NCBI GenBank assembly: GCA_963749195.1
Contig: CAVVLX010000006.1
Span: 862,722-926,721 of the forward strand
From: an uncultured Thermoplasmata archaeon
GTDB taxonomy: Archaea > Thermoplasmatota > Thermoplasmata > Lutacidiplasmatales > UBA184
Reading direction: 5' to 3'
Length of the DNA stretch: 64,000 nt
The notes beneath the pieces are model-generated. The model searched no databases. It saw only the letters and a program-made list of their open reading frames with translations, and was not told the origin of the DNA. Position numbers and translations under genes: made by a program. This document shows positions 46,875 to 55,478 of this stretch, piece by piece. The stretch's first letter is position 1. The number at the start of each line of letters is the position of its first letter.

Positions 46875-47813
46875 GTGCGTTGCTCTCAGTGCGACGACGA
46901 GGCGATCCTCGATCAGCCGTACGCGAATCGACACCTGTGCGACCCTCACTTTCGAGAGTCCGTCCGTGAACGCGTACGCCGAGAATTACACCGCCAGCTC
47001 CCTCGATTCCGCGGCGGAACGATCGCCGTGGCGCTTTCCGGAGGCAAAGACTCAGCGGTTGCGTTGGCTTTGACTCAAAGGTACTTCCTGCGACGCCCGA
47101 CCATTCGACTGTTGGCGATCACCGTGGACGAGGGGATCGCAGGATACCGGCCCGCCACGATCGACGCCGCTCGTCGGCTCACGCGTTCGTTAGGCGTGGA
47201 ACACATGGTCGTCCGCGCCGAGGAAGAACTCGGTGTGACGACGGATTCGACCGCCTTGCGCCTGGTGGCCACCATTCCCTGTTCCTATTGCGGGGTCTGG
47301 CGTCGCCAGCTGCTCAATCGAACCGCTCGGACCGTAGGGGCGGACGCGCTGGTGTTGGGTTTCAATCTGGATGACCTCGCCCAAACGATCCTGATGAATG
47401 TTGCGCGGGCGGAACTTCCCCGCCTCGCGCGCATGGCCCCGCATCGACACAAGCAACCGGGATTGGTCCCCCGCTTAGCTCCGCTCGCACCGATCCCGGA
47501 ACGCGAAGTCTATCTTTTTGCTCGTCTCGAAGGGTTCCCGTTCGATCACGGAGAGTGTCCCCACGCGCGAGGGGCCGCGCGCAACGTTTTCCGCGAGGTC
47601 GTCTGGCAACTCGAAGATGCGATCCCCGGAACCCGGCATTCTCTGCTGCGCACCCAGGAGCAACTCGCCGAACTGTTGACCGGCACCGACCCCGAAACGT
47701 CCTCCCCGGGGCGTTGTGGAGCGTGTGGAGAGCCCACGGCCGCCCGGCTCTGTCGCGCGTGTGAGTATCTCCGGGTCGCTCAGCGTCCGGTTGCTTCCGA
47801 GGTCGGGGAATGA
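46875..47813 (+). CDS. PP-loop tRNA 2-thiolation protein, TtuA/NcsA family
   Basis: ORF 46710-47813. GTG 46875 gives (M)RCSQCDDEAILDQPYANRHLCDPHF, the family-typical N-terminal zinc finger. PP-loop VALSGGKDS. Fe-S Cys PCSYCGVWRR and ECPH. C-terminal CGACGEPTAARLCRAC. The longer form would overlap the xerA start. Confidence 0.8.
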   Translation: MRCSQCDDEAILDQPYANRHLCDPHFRESVRERVRRELHRQLPRFRGGTIAVALSGGKDSAVALALTQRYFLRRPTIRLLAITVDEGIAGYRPATIDAARRLTRSLGVEHMVVRAEEELGVTTDSTALRLVATIPCSYCGVWRRQLLNRTARTVGADALVLGFNLDDLAQTILMNVARAELPRLARMAPHRHKQPGLVPRLAPLAPIPEREVYLFARLEGFPFDHGECPHARGAARNVFREVVWQLEDAIPGTRHSLLRTQEQLAELLTGTDPETSSPGRCGACGEPTAARLCRACEYLRVAQRPVASEVGE

Positions 47814-48730
47814 GCGGAGATGCCGCTTCCTTGGCCGAGGGGAGCGATCCGCGACGGTCGGTCTTAAAACGCGTATTCGTCGCCGGGGCAGGGATCATGG
47901 GAAGCGGCATCGCGGCCCAATGCGCGCTCGCGGGGTTCCCCGTGACCTTAGAGGATGTGGACGAGGAAAGATCCCAACTGGGGCGTCGGAACGCCCAACG
48001 GGCGCTCGAGAAAGCGGTGACCCGATCCAAAGTGAGCCCCTCGGACAAGGACGCGGCCCTGGGCCGCATCGATTCGGCGATCGGGCTCCGGCGTGCCGAA
48101 GGCGCCGCGATCGTTATCGAAGCCGCCCCGGAAGTCATCGAGATCAAGCGTCAGCTCTTCCAGGAGCTGGAGCAGATCGTCTCGTCCACCACGCTGCTCG
48201 CCTCGAACACGTCGTCCCTACCCATCACCTCGATCGCATCCTCTCTCAAGGACCCCGGCCGGGTCGTGGGGATCCACTTTTTCAACCCGGTGCTGCAGAT
48301 GCAGCTGGTCGAGATCATTCCGGGCCACCGGACTCGGCCGGAGACGGTGGCCGCGGCACGGGAGTTCGCCCAGCGGCTGGGGAAGACGGTCGTTCTGTCG
48401 AAGGATACTCCCGGCTTCGTGACGACCCGCGCCCTTGCGGTGCTCGTTAACGAGGCGGCGTGGATGCTGTACGAGGGTATCGCGACCAAAGAGGACATCG
48501 ACACTGCGTATCGCCTCGGCTTCCATCACCCCATGGGGCCGTTCGAACTGGTCGATCTGGTCGGTCTCGATACGGCGCTCTCCATCTTGGATGTGCTCTG
48601 GGACGGGTACCGGGACTCGAAATATCGGGCGTGCCCTCTCCTGCGCACGATGGTGCAGGCGGGAAAATTGGGACGCAAGACCGGGGAGGGATTCTATTCC
48701 TATCCCGCGGAGCCGAAGGTACCGGCATGA
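47810..48730 (+). CDS. 3-hydroxyacyl-CoA (3-hydroxybutyryl-CoA) dehydrogenase
   Basis: VFVAGAGIMGSGIAAQCALAGFPVTLEDV, SNTSSLPITSIA, GIHFFNPVLQMQLVEIIPG, KDTPGFVTTR, PMGPFELVDLVGLD. The ATG overlaps the upstream stop (ATGA). Confidence 0.9.
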   Translation: MSGDAASLAEGSDPRRSVLKRVFVAGAGIMGSGIAAQCALAGFPVTLEDVDEERSQLGRRNAQRALEKAVTRSKVSPSDKDAALGRIDSAIGLRRAEGAAIVIEAAPEVIEIKRQLFQELEQIVSSTTLLASNTSSLPITSIASSLKDPGRVVGIHFFNPVLQMQLVEIIPGHRTRPETVAAAREFAQRLGKTVVLSKDTPGFVTTRALAVLVNEAAWMLYEGIATKEDIDTAYRLGFHHPMGPFELVDLVGLDTALSILDVLWDGYRDSKYRACPLLRTMVQAGKLGRKTGEGFYSYPAEPKVPA

Positions 48731-49572
48731 GCGGCGTCGAAGATTTTCTCATCCTGGTCCTGGTGGCTTTGATCCCGGCCCTGATCTACTTGATCTGGGT
48801 CCGGCAGACCGAGCGTTACAATCGCCAAGCGTGGGGAGGTCTCCTCGGGTCGTTCGTCTTCGGTGCGGTCGTAGCGACGATCGTCGCCGCGATTCTCGAA
48901 CTCGTGATCGTCGAAGTGGGCACCTCGGTCTCGCAACACTATCCCGGCCCGGAATTTCTGTTCCTCAACGGAAATTCGACCGCCGGCGTCTTCTTTCTCG
49001 TCCTGGTCGTGGCCCCGTTCATCGAAGAGGGACTGAAAGCGAGCGGAGTCGTGCGGGCGAGCTCCTCGCTCAATGTCGTCGCCGACGGCCTGGTGTTCGG
49101 CGCTTCGGTGGGGCTCGGTTTCGGGTTCTTTGAGACGTTCCTGTACGGGGTGAGCGCCTACGCGGTGGGTGGCCTGACGGCGGGGGTGACCCTGATCGTC
49201 ATTCGCAGCCTCTCGAGCGTTCTCCTGCACGGGAGCTCCACGGCGATGTTCGGCTACGGCTATGCCAAGAACAAGGTCGGAGGCCAATCCGGGGCGACCG
49301 GCGCCTACTATCTGCTCGCGGTCCTGATGCATGCCAGTTTCAACGCGCTCGCTTCGCTCGGGGCGATCCTCGCCGCCTTCGGCGTTTCGAGCGTCTTCGC
49401 GGATTATGGCGATTTGATCGGCCTGCTCCTCGCCTTCGTTTTCGCGTGGACCGCGATCGAATACGCGCGCGGGATCATTCAACAGAGCGACTTTCCAGGG
49501 GCGATGGGCCTGTCCAGCCGGTACCGCCCTCCGCCCGTGAAGCCGAAGACCCCCTCTCGGCCCTCGTCCTAG
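48727..49572 (+). CDS. PrsW-family intramembrane metalloprotease
   Basis: ORF 48460-49572. ATG 48727 overlaps the upstream stop (ATGA). FLILVLVALIPALIYLIWVRQTERY, APFIEEGLKA (E-E-x-x-K), LHGSSTAMFGYGY, MHASFNALA (H-x-x-x-N). Confidence 0.8.
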   Translation: MSGVEDFLILVLVALIPALIYLIWVRQTERYNRQAWGGLLGSFVFGAVVATIVAAILELVIVEVGTSVSQHYPGPEFLFLNGNSTAGVFFLVLVVAPFIEEGLKASGVVRASSSLNVVADGLVFGASVGLGFGFFETFLYGVSAYAVGGLTAGVTLIVIRSLSSVLLHGSSTAMFGYGYAKNKVGGQSGATGAYYLLAVLMHASFNALASLGAILAAFGVSSVFADYGDLIGLLLAFVFAWTAIEYARGIIQQSDFPGAMGLSSRYRPPPVKPKTPSRPSS

Positions 49573-49581
49573 GGGCGAGGA

Positions 49582-49995
49582 CTAGGTGGTCCGAGGTGCG
49601 GTGGGGGTCCGCGAGGATTCCTTGGTCCGTTTCCATTCCGTATCCCCGATCGATCGATAGATCGCTTCCGCATCGGATTCGGTGCTTCCTTCGCCGCGTT
49701 GGCCGACATCCCGAATCCGAGATTTCTTGAGCAGCCAGTAATGGATCCGCCACGTCTTCCCCCGAGAGACGGTCGCATCCTCCTCTTCGCTCGTCAACAA
49801 CCCTTCTTCCTCGAGCCGATAGAATCGGTCCCGGTCCTCGCTCGAGAGCTTGTTGTCGAGGACGGCGTCATCGAGTCCGAAGTAACCGAGCACCATCTGG
49901 GCCGTTTGACGCGCCTCGGCCGGCTCGATTTTTCCGTGGACCACCAGCGTGCGCTCGATCGCCCTCGTCAGTTCCTCTTCTGTGATCGACGCCAT
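49582..49995 (-). CDS. Hypothetical protein (small, charged, soluble)
   Basis: ORF 49582-50049. ATG 49995 gives MASITEEELTRAIERTLVVHGKIEPAEARQTAQMVLGYFGL...GKTWRIHYWLLKK. Balanced composition and coding-like codon use. No family recognised with certainty. Confidence 0.6.
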   Translation of the reverse strand: MASITEEELTRAIERTLVVHGKIEPAEARQTAQMVLGYFGLDDAVLDNKLSSEDRDRFYRLEEEGLLTSEEEDATVSRGKTWRIHYWLLKKSRIRDVGQRGEGSTESDAEAIYRSIGDTEWKRTKESSRTPTAPRTT

Positions 49996-50099
49996 AGGTC
50001 CGATTCTCAGAATCCGTCGGAGAGTAAGAAGTTTCCAGTGGAGGTGCATCGGCCGGCCGCGACGAACTCATCTGTCCAAGACGGCCTCCCCGGGGTCCA

Positions 50100-51353
50100 A
50101 TGACCGATTTGATCGAAACATCCACCCCTACCTTCGACCTCACTCCCGAGGTTTGCGCCTCTGCCCAACGGGCGCTTGGCCGGGGACTCTGCCCCGAATG
50201 TTTTGGCCGTCTCTTCGGACGCTGGGGGCACGGCCTTTCGAACCCCGAACGTGCCACTCGTTTATCGGGCGCGTTGGGGTCGCCGATCCCCTCCGAGGAC
50301 GGAACATGTTCCCTCTGCGGAGACCTATTCCGCCGTTGGGGAACCTGGGTGAACCGATCGCGGACGGCGGTGGAGGGTTTCGAATGGCATCGGTTCACCT
50401 GCGGGTCTCGGTGGGAACCTGAGATTCTCGCCCGGGAGGAGGCTCTTTGGCAGGAGGTGGGCACCGCGTGGGGCGAGAGCGCTCGGGGAGCGTTCAACCG
50501 GGAGCTCGGCAAGCGGTTGGAGGCCGCTACGGGCGCCGTCGGGGGAACGCAACGAGCCGACGTGGTCTTCCTGGCGGACCTGGCGGTCGGCCGGGTCGAG
50601 GTCACGGTCCTGTCGCTCTATCTCCGAGGTCGCTACCGGAAGTTCGATCGAACCCTGCCCCAGACCAAGTGGCCGTGCCGCCACTGTGACGGGAGGGGTT
50701 GTGATATTTGTTCGATGACGGGGAAGACGTATCCAACGAGCGTCGAAGAACTCGTAGCAGAACCCGCTCTTGCGGCCAGTCAGGCGGTGGGCAGCCGTTT
50801 TCACGGGATGGGAAGGGAAGACATCGATGCGAGGATGCTGGGACGCGGGCGGCCGTTCGTATTGGAGCTGCTTCGGCCTCGGGTCCGAACGATCGATCTA
50901 GGACGCGTTGTCGAGGAAATTCGCAGGCTCCACGGCGATCAGGTGGAGGTCGACGGGCTCGTCGTGACGGATCCGCAGGACGTCGTTCGGATCAAGGAAG
51001 CCTCCCCCGAGAAGAGCTATCGAGTGGGCGTGATCGGCGACGCCCCCGTGGAAAAGGTTAATGAGGCCTTGGAGTTCGTGCACGGCCGAGCGATCGCCCA
51101 GCGAACGCCGACGCGGGTCGCCCACCGACGCTCCGACCGGATTCGAACCCGGCGGATCGTGGCCGGGAGCGTCGTGAAGGTCGGCGAAGGGCGATTCACG
51201 CTCGATCTCAGGACCGAAGCAGGTACGTACGTCAAGGAGTGGGTCGAAGGAGATGGGGGCCGAACGAATCCGAGCCTATCCCAGCTCCTGGGAGCTCCGC
51301 TGAAAGTGGAGTATCTCGACGTATTGGAGATCCACGACTCGGAGGTACCATAG
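50100..51353 (+). CDS. pus10: tRNA pseudouridine(54/55) synthase Pus10
   Basis: N-terminal zinc ribbon CPECFGRLFG...CSLCGDLF. RGRYRKFDRTLPQTKWPCRHCDGRGC. FHGMGREDIDARMLGRGRPFVLEL. RTPTRVAHRRSDRIRTRRI. GTYVKEWVEGDGGRTNPSLSQLLG. Confidence 0.92.
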   Translation: MTDLIETSTPTFDLTPEVCASAQRALGRGLCPECFGRLFGRWGHGLSNPERATRLSGALGSPIPSEDGTCSLCGDLFRRWGTWVNRSRTAVEGFEWHRFTCGSRWEPEILAREEALWQEVGTAWGESARGAFNRELGKRLEAATGAVGGTQRADVVFLADLAVGRVEVTVLSLYLRGRYRKFDRTLPQTKWPCRHCDGRGCDICSMTGKTYPTSVEELVAEPALAASQAVGSRFHGMGREDIDARMLGRGRPFVLELLRPRVRTIDLGRVVEEIRRLHGDQVEVDGLVVTDPQDVVRIKEASPEKSYRVGVIGDAPVEKVNEALEFVHGRAIAQRTPTRVAHRRSDRIRTRRIVAGSVVKVGEGRFTLDLRTEAGTYVKEWVEGDGGRTNPSLSQLLGAPLKVEYLDVLEIHDSEVP

Positions 51354-51669
51354 ATGGTCAAGAGCTCGAAGGGATTCCGCTCCCGCACCCGGGGCACGTT
51401 CACCAAGGCGGTCCGAGACCGGGGACTTCCTCCGGTTCAGCCGGTTTATGCAAACGTTCGAGGTCGGCGACCAAGTGGTCGTCCGTCTCGAGGCCTCCGA
51501 CCCCCACGGGATGCCGCACCCTCGATATCAGGGTCGAACGTGTACGGTCGTCGCGCGGGTCGGTCGCGCGTATCGGATTCAGTTCCTTGATGGCGGGAAA
51601 CCCAAAGAACTGATCGCCAATCCGATCCATCTGGCGCCGGCGGCTCATACGGAGGCGGCGCATGCCTGA
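51354..51669 (+). CDS. rpl21e: 50S ribosomal protein L21e; frame broken by one nucleotide near 51430-51441
   Basis: ORF 51354-51590 starts MVKSSKGFRSRTRGTFTKAVRDRGLPPV (L21e N-terminus), then drifts. ORF 51448-51669, in another frame, gives (SRF)MQTFEVGDQVVVRLEASDPHGMPHPRYQGRTCTVVARVGRAYRIQFLDGGKPKELIANPIHL (L21e C-terminus). Removing one nt yields about 104 aa. Confidence 0.88.
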
Positions 51670-51976
51670 TCCGGTTCCCCTCGCGACGGTCCGGCAGCTG
51701 CTGACCGAGGAGTCCGCTCGGAGAACGCTCCCTCGGGAGGCGATGCTTGCCGAACAACATACCGAGGGTTTCGTCCGTCTGTCGGTTGAACAGACCCAGA
51801 AACTGATCGACGAGCTCCGGACGCTACCGTTCGTCGACGCGGCGATCGCCGTCAAGCTGGCCGACGTCCTCCCGCAGTACCCCGAAGAAGTCCGTCTCCT
51901 GTTCTCCAAGGAGCGGGTCGTCCTCGACGAGGCGCAAATCCAGCGCCTGTTGGAGATCGTGGCCCAGCACAAATGA
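51662..51976 (+). CDS. rpoF: DNA-directed RNA polymerase subunit F (Rpo4)
   Basis: 104 aa. LPFVDAAIAVKLADVLPQYPEEVRLLFSKERVVLDEAQIQRLLEIV matches the RpoF C-terminal HRDC-like region. Conserved position between rpl21e and DUF655. The ATG overlaps the rpl21e stop. Confidence 0.8.
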   Translation: MPDPVPLATVRQLLTEESARRTLPREAMLAEQHTEGFVRLSVEQTQKLIDELRTLPFVDAAIAVKLADVLPQYPEEVRLLFSKERVVLDEAQIQRLLEIVAQHK

Positions 51977-51991
51977 ACGGGGGGATAGCCT

Positions 51992-52537
51992 TTGGAAAGT
52001 TACGCGTACGTCCTGGACTATCTGCCCAACGGCCGTCAGACCGAGCGCGGATTTCATCGAGAACCCCTAGCGCTTGGGGTCGGTGAATCCGAGCTCAAGT
52101 TACTCGAGCTCGTTCCCCGCTCTGGGGCCAAACTCACGGTCGGCGCTCGGATCCCGCTCCTTCCGATGGCCAACGTACCCCCGCCGATCGACCACGTGCG
52201 TCGCCGCGTCGGCTACGAGGAGTTGACGACCACGGCTCGAGGCGAGCTGTCCGTGGCGCTCGAGAAGATCGTCCGCTCGAACAGCGCGAAGTATCTCCGC
52301 TTCTTCAACGAGTCGCCGGCGGTCTCACGTCGGTTCCATCTCCTGGAACTCCTCCCCGGCATCGGAAAGAAGACCATGCAATCGATCGTGGAGGAGCGGA
52401 AGCGAGCGCCGTTCCAAAGCTTCGAAGAGATCGAACAGCGTCTTCACGTGAAGAACCCCGAGCGACTGATTGTTGGCCGGATCGAGCAGGAATTGAGCGG
52501 TGTCGAGGACAAGTACCGGCTCTTTGTCGCGCCCTAA
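51992..52537 (+). CDS. DUF655 family protein (archaeal, OB-like N-terminus plus helix-hairpin-helix)
   Basis: TTG start, then ESYAYVLDYLPNGR...LLELLPGIGKKTMQSIVEERKRAPFQSFEEIEQR. Canonical position upstream of ksgA in archaea. Confidence 0.8.
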   Translation: MESYAYVLDYLPNGRQTERGFHREPLALGVGESELKLLELVPRSGAKLTVGARIPLLPMANVPPPIDHVRRRVGYEELTTTARGELSVALEKIVRSNSAKYLRFFNESPAVSRRFHLLELLPGIGKKTMQSIVEERKRAPFQSFEEIEQRLHVKNPERLIVGRIEQELSGVEDKYRLFVAP

Positions 52538-52610
52538 AGCGCGGCGAAAGAACCCCGAGCTACCGGCGGGGCGAGCCGAAGTCGAGCGGACGCTCGAGGC
52601 GTTGCGCCTG

Positions 52611-53385
52611 GTGCCCTCCAAGCGTCTCGGACAATCGTTCCTTTCGGATCCGTTCGTGGCGGACGCCGAAGCCGCCCTCCTTACTCCCCAATCCGGCGCC
52701 GGTCGTGGAGGTCGGGGGAGGCTTGGGCATTTTAACGGAGGCACTACTGCGACGCGGCCTCGCGCCTATCACCGTCATCGAGCGGGATGCCCGTCTCGCA
52801 ACGTTTTTGCGGGGAAAGTTCGGGAATCGTGTCACGATCGTCGAAGGGGATGCTCGGACGACGGAGCTTCCGCCCGACGCCGTGGTCGTGGGAAACCTTC
52901 CGTTCAGTATCGCCACGCCGCTCCTCGTGCGGCTCATCTACGCTCGTGTTCCGCAGGTCGTCGCGCTCATCCAGCGAGAAGTTGCGGAGAGACTAGCCGC
53001 CGGCCCCGGTTCCCGTGTTTACGGACGCCTTTCGATCCTGGCCCAGGCGTTCGGATCCGTCGAGCTCTTCCAGGTCGTACCCGCGGACTCCTTTACCCCG
53101 ACACCCGCCGTGGACGGTAGAATCGTTGCGTTGACCGCACGCATCGGCCCCCTTCCCGTAGAATCCGTCGAGCGGCTCGAATCGGTCGTTCGAACCTTGT
53201 TTTCCGCACGTCGCAAGCAACTTGGGAATCTCCTACCGAAGGTCGCCCGCCTTCCCGCCGATCCCGATTCGGTCGCGCGCCAAGTCGGGTGGCCCGCGGG
53301 TTGGGCTCGGCTCCGTCCGGAGAATCTTCCCCCCGAGGCGTTCTTCCGACTCGCGAATCTCTTGGTCGAATCTTCATCCCGTTAG
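52611..53385 (+). CDS. ksgA: 16S rRNA (adenine1518/1519-N6)-dimethyltransferase KsgA/Dim1; frame broken by one nucleotide near 52680-52700
   Basis: ORF 52500-53120 contains ...VPSKRLGQSFLSDPFVADAEAALL (KsgA N-terminus). ORF 52705-53385, in another frame, gives (PAPV)VEVGGGLGILTEALL...VVGNLPFSIATPLL...YGRLSILAQ...F(T)PTPAVDG. GTG 52611 chosen as the start (7 aa before LGQSFL). Confidence 0.88.
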
Positions 53386-53395
53386 GTTCGACCAG

Positions 53396-55036
53396 CTACC
53401 TGAGGCTCGAAGACTCCGTTACGTTGGAGACCCCTGCGGCAGGCGAAGCCACTTCGACCGGGGACGACGTTCTAGCTGCCACTCCAGCGGGCGAGAAGGT
53501 GTAGTTCTTCAGGAAGATGGCGAGAATTCCACAAGCTAACGAGAGGATGGCCCCGACGCCGAAGAGCCATTGAAACGCTGTGGAGGTTGGTAGAATGACC
53601 AACACTGGTCCGTTGGGACCCATGATCCCGGTCGCATAGGCGCCGGTGAAGCTTGCCAGGATGGTGGCCACCAAGACTGGCCCGATGCTGGCGCCGAGAT
53701 CTTGGAACATTTCCGCCATTCCGGTTTGAATTCCGGTTTCCCCCATTCGAGAGGATAGTACGACCATATTCAGGATCGCGATGAGCATCATCACCAGTCC
53801 CACGAACGTCGGGACGGGGGTGATGAAGAGCTCAGTGTAGGTATGATCGAACGTCAAAATGAGGAGAAATCCCGCCGTCGCCAAGGCGGATCCCAACATC
53901 ATAACCGGCCTCGGCCCGAATCGGGCAATCCCTCGGCCCACAATCGGGGCGGCCACCAGCATCGACATGGTGGTGGGAAGGCTGAGCACTCCGAACTCGA
54001 ACACGGTTCGGCCCAGTCCGACGATCGGTGTTTCGACGAGGATTGTCAGGCCGACGAAGCCGAGAAAGAGACTCGTCCCGACGAGCAACGCCGCGAAGTA
54101 GCTGATGCCGAGATTCCTCTGAAGAAATCGTTCGAGGTGAATGATCGGGTCGGCCGCGGTCCGTTCTCGCAAGTAAAAGAGAGTCGCGAAAACGACTGAT
54201 AGGACGAACAACTCCGGAACGCCAAACGATAACGCGCCAAACCGGACCGCAGCCCACTGGCCCCAACCCCACGCGGGTCCCTGGGACAGCGCCACTAAGA
54301 AAGAGGCGAGCGCCGCACCGAGCAACGTCGCACCGGGAACATCGAGTCGAACTTTGAGCCGGTGGCGGGACTCCGGGAGGGTCAAGTACGTCAGCGCGAG
54401 AATGACGGCCGCGAACGGAATGACGACGTGGTAAGCATCCTGCCAGCCGTAGGTTTGGATCACCCATGCGCCCCCAAAGAGGCCTAGGGCGGCTCCAATC
54501 GCGAACATCGCGGCAATGAGTCCCTGGGCCTGCGCGACGTTCGACGGAGGCAGCTCTTCGCCGATCATGGCGAAGGCGAGCGGAAACATCGCGAGACCGA
54601 CCCCCTGAAGGCCACGGACACCGATGAGGAGGTAGACCGCGTTGAATCGGCTCAGACCGAAGTCCGATGCGATTTGAGGCGTGAACCCTGTGACCGATAC
54701 CGCAAGGGCATAGATGCCGAGTACCACCACGAGCATCCGTTTTTTTCCGTAGATGTCTCCTAGTTTCGCGAACAGCGGAGTCGTCGAAACGCCCACGAGG
54801 AGGTATGCCGAGACGACCCATGCGATCGTCGTGTAGGGCACGCCGCCGAAAAACGCGACGAGCGTCGGCAGCGCCGGCACCAACATCGTCTCAACATAAT
54901 TGACCATCAAGGCCGCGGACGCCAAGAGCAAAAGGATCCTCGTCGCGCGACGAGCGTCGGACTCGACCGTAGAATCTGGAGATGCAACGGTCGCGACGCC
55001 CTCCCCCATGCTGGTCCCCGAAGTCTGCGAGACCAA
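53396..55036 (-). CDS. MFS transporter, 14-TM drug:H+ antiporter (DHA2/EmrB-like)
   Basis: 546-aa ORF. About 14 hydrophobic segments. MFS motif LGDIYGKKRMLVV between TM2 and TM3. TTG 55036 or ATG 55009 as the start. Confidence 0.85.
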   Translation of the reverse strand: MVSQTSGTSMGEGVATVASPDSTVESDARRATRILLLLASAALMVNYVETMLVPALPTLVAFFGGVPYTTIAWVVSAYLLVGVSTTPLFAKLGDIYGKKRMLVVVLGIYALAVSVTGFTPQIASDFGLSRFNAVYLLIGVRGLQGVGLAMFPLAFAMIGEELPPSNVAQAQGLIAAMFAIGAALGLFGGAWVIQTYGWQDAYHVVIPFAAVILALTYLTLPESRHRLKVRLDVPGATLLGAALASFLVALSQGPAWGWGQWAAVRFGALSFGVPELFVLSVVFATLFYLRERTAADPIIHLERFLQRNLGISYFAALLVGTSLFLGFVGLTILVETPIVGLGRTVFEFGVLSLPTTMSMLVAAPIVGRGIARFGPRPVMMLGSALATAGFLLILTFDHTYTELFITPVPTFVGLVMMLIAILNMVVLSSRMGETGIQTGMAEMFQDLGASIGPVLVATILASFTGAYATGIMGPNGPVLVILPTSTAFQWLFGVGAILSLACGILAIFLKNYTFSPAGVAARTSSPVEVASPAAGVSNVTESSSLR

Positions 55037-55478
55037 GGAAGGGTCAATCCCCCCGCATTTTCGATTTTGCCATCGGAGACCAGGGCATTACCCACATTTT
55101 CAAATTCGTCCTCCAATCAAAGTCGAGTTCTTAACCCGACCGGGATTGCCACATCGAAAACATCATTGATCGGTAGGGTAGAATCCCTCGTGGCCCCGTA
55201 GCGATGTATTCCTCGAATGGAGTCTGGGGTACCGGTTCGAACCACAAACTGTCATGAGATCTATCAAAATCCCAACGCCCCTCGGGCCAGAGAATTCCGG
55301 AGGAAGAGCGCAACCTAGCCGAATTGGGGAGAATCCCTCCACTACCTCCCAAGCAGGTCGCGATCTCCATGGACGCACCCAGGGACCAAAAGTCACCGCC
55401 AACAGCAAAGTGGAAAGAACTCGACGCGCTCGGCGAGTCACTCGAAGAGCCCTTTTGACGAGCACCGACCGACGCGAA

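Noticed and set aside
19729-52700. Programmed ribosomal frameshifting as the explanation for the five frame breaks
   Set aside because: No shared slippery heptamer or downstream structure was seen. The breaks are of both signs and sit in unrelated genes, several at homopolymers, so sequencing indels are far more likely. This cannot be formally excluded without reads.
53832-54821. 329-aa alternative-frame ORF within the MFS transporter gene; similarly 58945-59877 within lysS, 48700-49482 within prsW and 55131-55892 opposite tag
   Set aside because: All overlap genes with strong family signatures and have Arg-rich composition.
55234-55243. GGTTCGAACC resembling a tRNA T-arm in the MFS/tag intergenic region
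   Set aside because: It is a simple 10-bp palindrome. No acceptor, D or anticodon stems can be built around it on either strand.
55037-55478. Possible ncRNA (C/D-box sRNA or other) in the 440-nt lower-GC gap between the MFS and tag genes
   Set aside because: An ATGATGT C-box-like string exists on the minus strand near 55160, but no CTGA D box lies at a suitable distance and there are no terminal stems. The region probably holds two divergent promoters and the uncertain tag 5' end. A covariance-model scan would be needed.
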